Assembly (NCBI GenBank): GCA_963702095.1
Contig: OY969706.1
Location: forward strand, 2,592,001-2,656,000
DNA length: 64,000 nucleotides
Reading direction: 5' to 3'
DNA from: Candidatus Bathyarchaeota archaeon
GTDB taxonomy: Archaea; Thermoproteota; Bathyarchaeia; Bathyarchaeales; Bathycorpusculaceae
In this document: piece by piece, positions 60,974 to 64,000 of the stretch
How the letters are laid out: each line of letters begins with the position of its first letter
How positions within the stretch are numbered: the first letter of the stretch is position 1
Program-made: the position numbers and the translations under genes
Notes under the pieces: model-generated
Database searches by the model: none
Told to the model about the DNA's origin: nothing
Seen by the model: only the letters and a program-made list of their open reading frames with translations

Positions 60974-61245
60974 TTATACAGTTATCCATATAAGGCTTGC
61001 TATCACATATTCCGATAACTCTTACGTCACTAACTAAGCCATTAATGCCAGATTATCACTTTTTTCCACGGGCGCTATATTATCCTGTTTTTTGATATTA
61101 TCCATAGTCGAAGCTCAAAGCTCAAACTTAAAACGTCATGTTTACGACATTGCGGTTTCGGCTCTAAGCCATCAATGAACGGTTTAGGTATGTTTTGTGA
61201 TTTAGCTATTTCTCAGGATACGAAGGCGAGCTCTTGATCTAGCTG

Positions 61246-62124
61246 TTATTGGGCGAGGTAGCTAATTATGCGCTGGTATATGTCGCTGTCCCCGCTGTCC
61301 TCAGAACCCGCGTAGATGCTGGGGTTATCGTTGACTTCAACCACCACGTAGTCGCCGTTGACTTCTTTTAGGTCCACGCCATAGAGGCCTTTGCCGATGA
61401 CACTGCAGGCTTTCAACGCAACTTCGCGCAGTCGAGGAGGCATATCCTTCTTCTGTAAGCTGACGGTGCGTCCCCAGACCACAGTGGGTTTGCCGCGGAG
61501 TTTAGCTCCATGTTTCCATTTACCCTTGGGAATCATGTACTTACAGACATAGAGTAAATCGTTGCCCAAGACGCCCACACGCCAATCAAACGCTGTCGGA
61601 GTGAACTTTTGAATTGCGAGGCAATCGGATTTTTTGAAGAAGCGTTTGGCGACTTCGCGGAAACTGGTTTCGCAGGCTGCCTTCTCCACGTAGCGGCTGA
61701 AGCTGGTATAGGGGGCTTTGATGACGACGGGTTTGCCTAGGATATTGAAGATTTGCTCTATTTTTTTGTGGTGGAGGTCGTCTTTGCTTAGGAACATTGT
61801 TGGAATGCGGGGGACATCGTATTTTTCGAAGAGTGCATATTGGTGTATTTTGTTGGCGCAGATTTTGATGGATTCGGGGTCGTCAATGACTTTTAACCCG
61901 TATTCATAAGCGGTTTTGGAGACGATATAGCTTGTGAAGAGGGGATCGGTGGTTGCACGGATAAACACGGCGTCGTAGTTTGGGATTTCACTGATGTTTT
62001 CGCGGAAGAGGAAGCTGAATTGGTTTCCAGATTTCTCTGCGGCTTGCTTGAAGTTTTGAAGAGCATCTTGCTCGCGTGGATCAGTAAAATTATATTTTTC
62101 GACAAAACAGGCGATTCTAGACAC
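61246..62124 (-). CDS. RimK family ATP-grasp ligase
   Basis: DAVFIRATT, VIDDP.SI..C.NK, DWRVGVL, GLYGVDLK, EVNDNPSI..G.ED. Confidence 0.9.
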   Translation of the reverse strand: MSRIACFVEKYNFTDPREQDALQNFKQAAEKSGNQFSFLFRENISEIPNYDAVFIRATTDPLFTSYIVSKTAYEYGLKVIDDPESIKICANKIHQYALFEKYDVPRIPTMFLSKDDLHHKKIEQIFNILGKPVVIKAPYTSFSRYVEKAACETSFREVAKRFFKKSDCLAIQKFTPTAFDWRVGVLGNDLLYVCKYMIPKGKWKHGAKLRGKPTVVWGRTVSLQKKDMPPRLREVALKACSVIGKGLYGVDLKEVNGDYVVVEVNDNPSIYAGSEDSGDSDIYQRIISYLAQ

Positions 62125-62812
62125 TGATATGTTTCCCCTGCTGAGAAATCAGCATAATCTCTTTCGAGATTAACTCTAAATCCGTTTTTGACAGTTCGGT
62201 TTGCTTCAAATGTTCAAGTCCACACAGGAACGCTTTTTCCTCTGCTTTCTGAACGTGCAGTTTGCAGAGTGGAATCTTGAAGAGTTCATAAACCTTTTGT
62301 GAGAGCGCATTGATTAGTTCATCGGCTGTTTCGCTCTTTCCGAAAACAGATTTAACGGAAAGCAACTCACCTTTGAGTGGTTGAGCACAAACTGCGAATT
62401 TGTAGTTCATTCCCAAGCTTTTCATGGCTCGGTAAAGCGCGCTTTTGTTCTTGGCGACTTTATATCCTTCGTAGATGAAGGGGTTAACTGCAAAAACCAC
62501 CACTGGAAAACCGAGTTCATCAATGATTTTCTTCACATTATCTGTGACCAAGAAGGGTATGGTTGAGATTTTAGCTCTTTTTGCCCGGAGCAGCAAAATC
62601 GGGTTACGACTGGCGTCGATGATGTTCTCGCATGAGGGTATAACGTTGTTTCCGAGGACTTCTGCGTGTAGAGAAACATAGTAGCCTGTTTTTAGGTAGC
62701 GGTAATCGTTTGTGAGGTTGATGGTTGCGTCTTTAATGGATGACCCAAGAAACGCTGAAGCACTTAACGCGTGCAAATCATCTGACAGGCCGATGCTTGA
62801 AACAACCAGCAC
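62117..62812 (-). CDS. RimK-like ATP-grasp N-terminal (RLAN) domain protein
   Basis: INLTNDYRYLKTGYYVSLHAE..G..VIP. Confidence 0.82.
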   Translation of the reverse strand: MLVVSSIGLSDDLHALSASAFLGSSIKDATINLTNDYRYLKTGYYVSLHAEVLGNNVIPSCENIIDASRNPILLLRAKRAKISTIPFLVTDNVKKIIDELGFPVVVFAVNPFIYEGYKVAKNKSALYRAMKSLGMNYKFAVCAQPLKGELLSVKSVFGKSETADELINALSQKVYELFKIPLCKLHVQKAEEKAFLCGLEHLKQTELSKTDLELISKEIMLISQQGKHISV

Positions 62813-63005
62813 CCATAGGACACCAGGTAATGAAAGGCGTTATTCGTGTAGAGCTATTTAAGATTAACTATACAACCGTGGCCTTCTCAAGTCATAACTT
62901 TAATAAAACAAGCGTATTTTCCGCCTGTTTAAGGCTAAAACGCCATATCTGAGTTTTAAAATTTATGGCTATCCTTATAACCACCAAGCGGTTATCACAA
63001 ACATA

Positions 63006-64000
63006 ATGAGCTTCGAGATACAAGTCATCACTGACCTCGCAGTCGTCATGGTTATCGCCTCAGTGGTAGCTTTCATATTCTACAAACTCAAGCAACCGCT
63101 TATAATCGGCTACTTAATCGCAGGCGTCATCATCGGACCCTACACGCCACCGTTTAATTTCATTCGGGAAACCGAGTTCCTCTCAGTGTTCGCTGAAATC
63201 GGCGTTGTGCTGCTACTATTCACAATAGGCATAGAGTTTCCAATCAGACGACTGCGTAGCATCGGCCGCGTCGTAATCGGTGTCTCCGCCATAGAAATCG
63301 CTTTGATGTTGATTGTCAGTTGGGTAGTGGGTCACTTTTTGGGCTGGGGCTTCTACGACACCCTCTTTTTAGGAGCGGCCCTCGCCAGCAGCAGCACAAC
63401 CATAATCGCCAAAGTATTAGGCGATACTGGAAAAATGAAGGAAATCTCAGCAACCATTATGTTGGGCATCTTAGTCGTGGAGGACGTGGTCGTCGTTATC
63501 ATATTGGCTATGCTTCAAAATGTCGCTGTTACCAGCGTAATCTCAGTTACCTCCTCAGTTTGGCTGGTGGCTAAACTGGTGATTTTTATCGGCGGCACCC
63601 TAGTAGTGGGTGGCTTCTTCGTTCCCAAACTATTGGACCGGTTCTCAGAAGTCCAAAACCACGAATTACTCTACATCCTAATGATTGGAGTATGCTTCGT
63701 CTTCGCAATATTGGCAACCCAGATAGGTTTCTCCGCCGCCATCGGAGCCTTCATCATCGGCGTAGTAATCGCCCGCTCCCGCTTAAGAGAAGAGATTAAC
63801 CGAGAAATTGGTCCGTTCAAAATCGTCTTCGGCGCCATCTTTTTTGTTTCTATGGGGGCATTAATGGATGTTACTCAAATCGCCGTTTTCTGGGTGACTG
63901 CGGTGATAATCACTGTGGCGGTGATTTTAACGAAATTGGCAAGCTGTGGGTTTGGCACGCACATGTTTCGTTACGACAAGAAAACATCCATACAGGTTGG
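63006..64000 (+). CDS. CPA2 cation:proton antiporter (KefB/YbaL-like), truncated by the window end
   Basis: MSFEIQVITDLAVVM...KLKQPLIIGYLIAGVIIGPYTPP, AEIGVVLLLFTIGIEF, SST.II.K, GIL.VED; not in the ORF track. Confidence 0.92.
   Translation, partial: MSFEIQVITDLAVVMVIASVVAFIFYKLKQPLIIGYLIAGVIIGPYTPPFNFIRETEFLSVFAEIGVVLLLFTIGIEFPIRRLRSIGRVVIGVSAIEIALMLIVSWVVGHFLGWGFYDTLFLGAALASSSTTIIAKVLGDTGKMKEISATIMLGILVVEDVVVVIILAMLQNVAVTSVISVTSSVWLVAKLVIFIGGTLVVGGFFVPKLLDRFSEVQNHELLYILMIGVCFVFAILATQIGFSAAIGAFIIGVVIARSRLREEINREIGPFKIVFGAIFFVSMGALMDVTQIAVFWVTAVIITVAVILTKLASCGFGTHMFRYDKKTSIQV

Overview
Archaeal chromosomal window. Gene content (archaeal ACDS/CODH operon cdhABCDE + cooC, Ftr, CTP-dependent riboflavin kinase, deoxyhypusine synthases, PAC2, BHB-intron tRNA-iMet, GGTGA Shine-Dalgarno sites, membrane-tethered wHTH regulator) is most consistent with an anaerobic acetogenic archaeon such as Bathyarchaeia (inference). 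Core blocks: a reduced rnfD-rnfC module followed by two near-identical membrane genes; H+ P-type ATPase; ino1, gcvH and NADH oxidase/CoADR; ADP-forming acetate-CoA ligase; complete his operon; tRNA-iMet; ribophorin-I-like gene with ferredoxin; sulfatase and anSME; copA; purF-purD-HAD-ftr-pfkB; ACDS operon; two DHS paralogs; split RLAN/RimK; CPA2 antiporter running off the end. The most unusual signal is non-coding. About 10 dispersed 130-320 bp intergenic elements fall into 2-3 related families. Several are bounded by a shared imperfect terminal inverted repeat (GTAGATCAAAATT), and they carry a stem whose arms have been swapped wholesale, (GAA)n/(TTC)n versus (GTT)n/(AAC)n. Four genes carry 1-2 nt frameshifts that look like sequencing indels. 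All calls come from reading the sequence and translations by eye; no searches were run.
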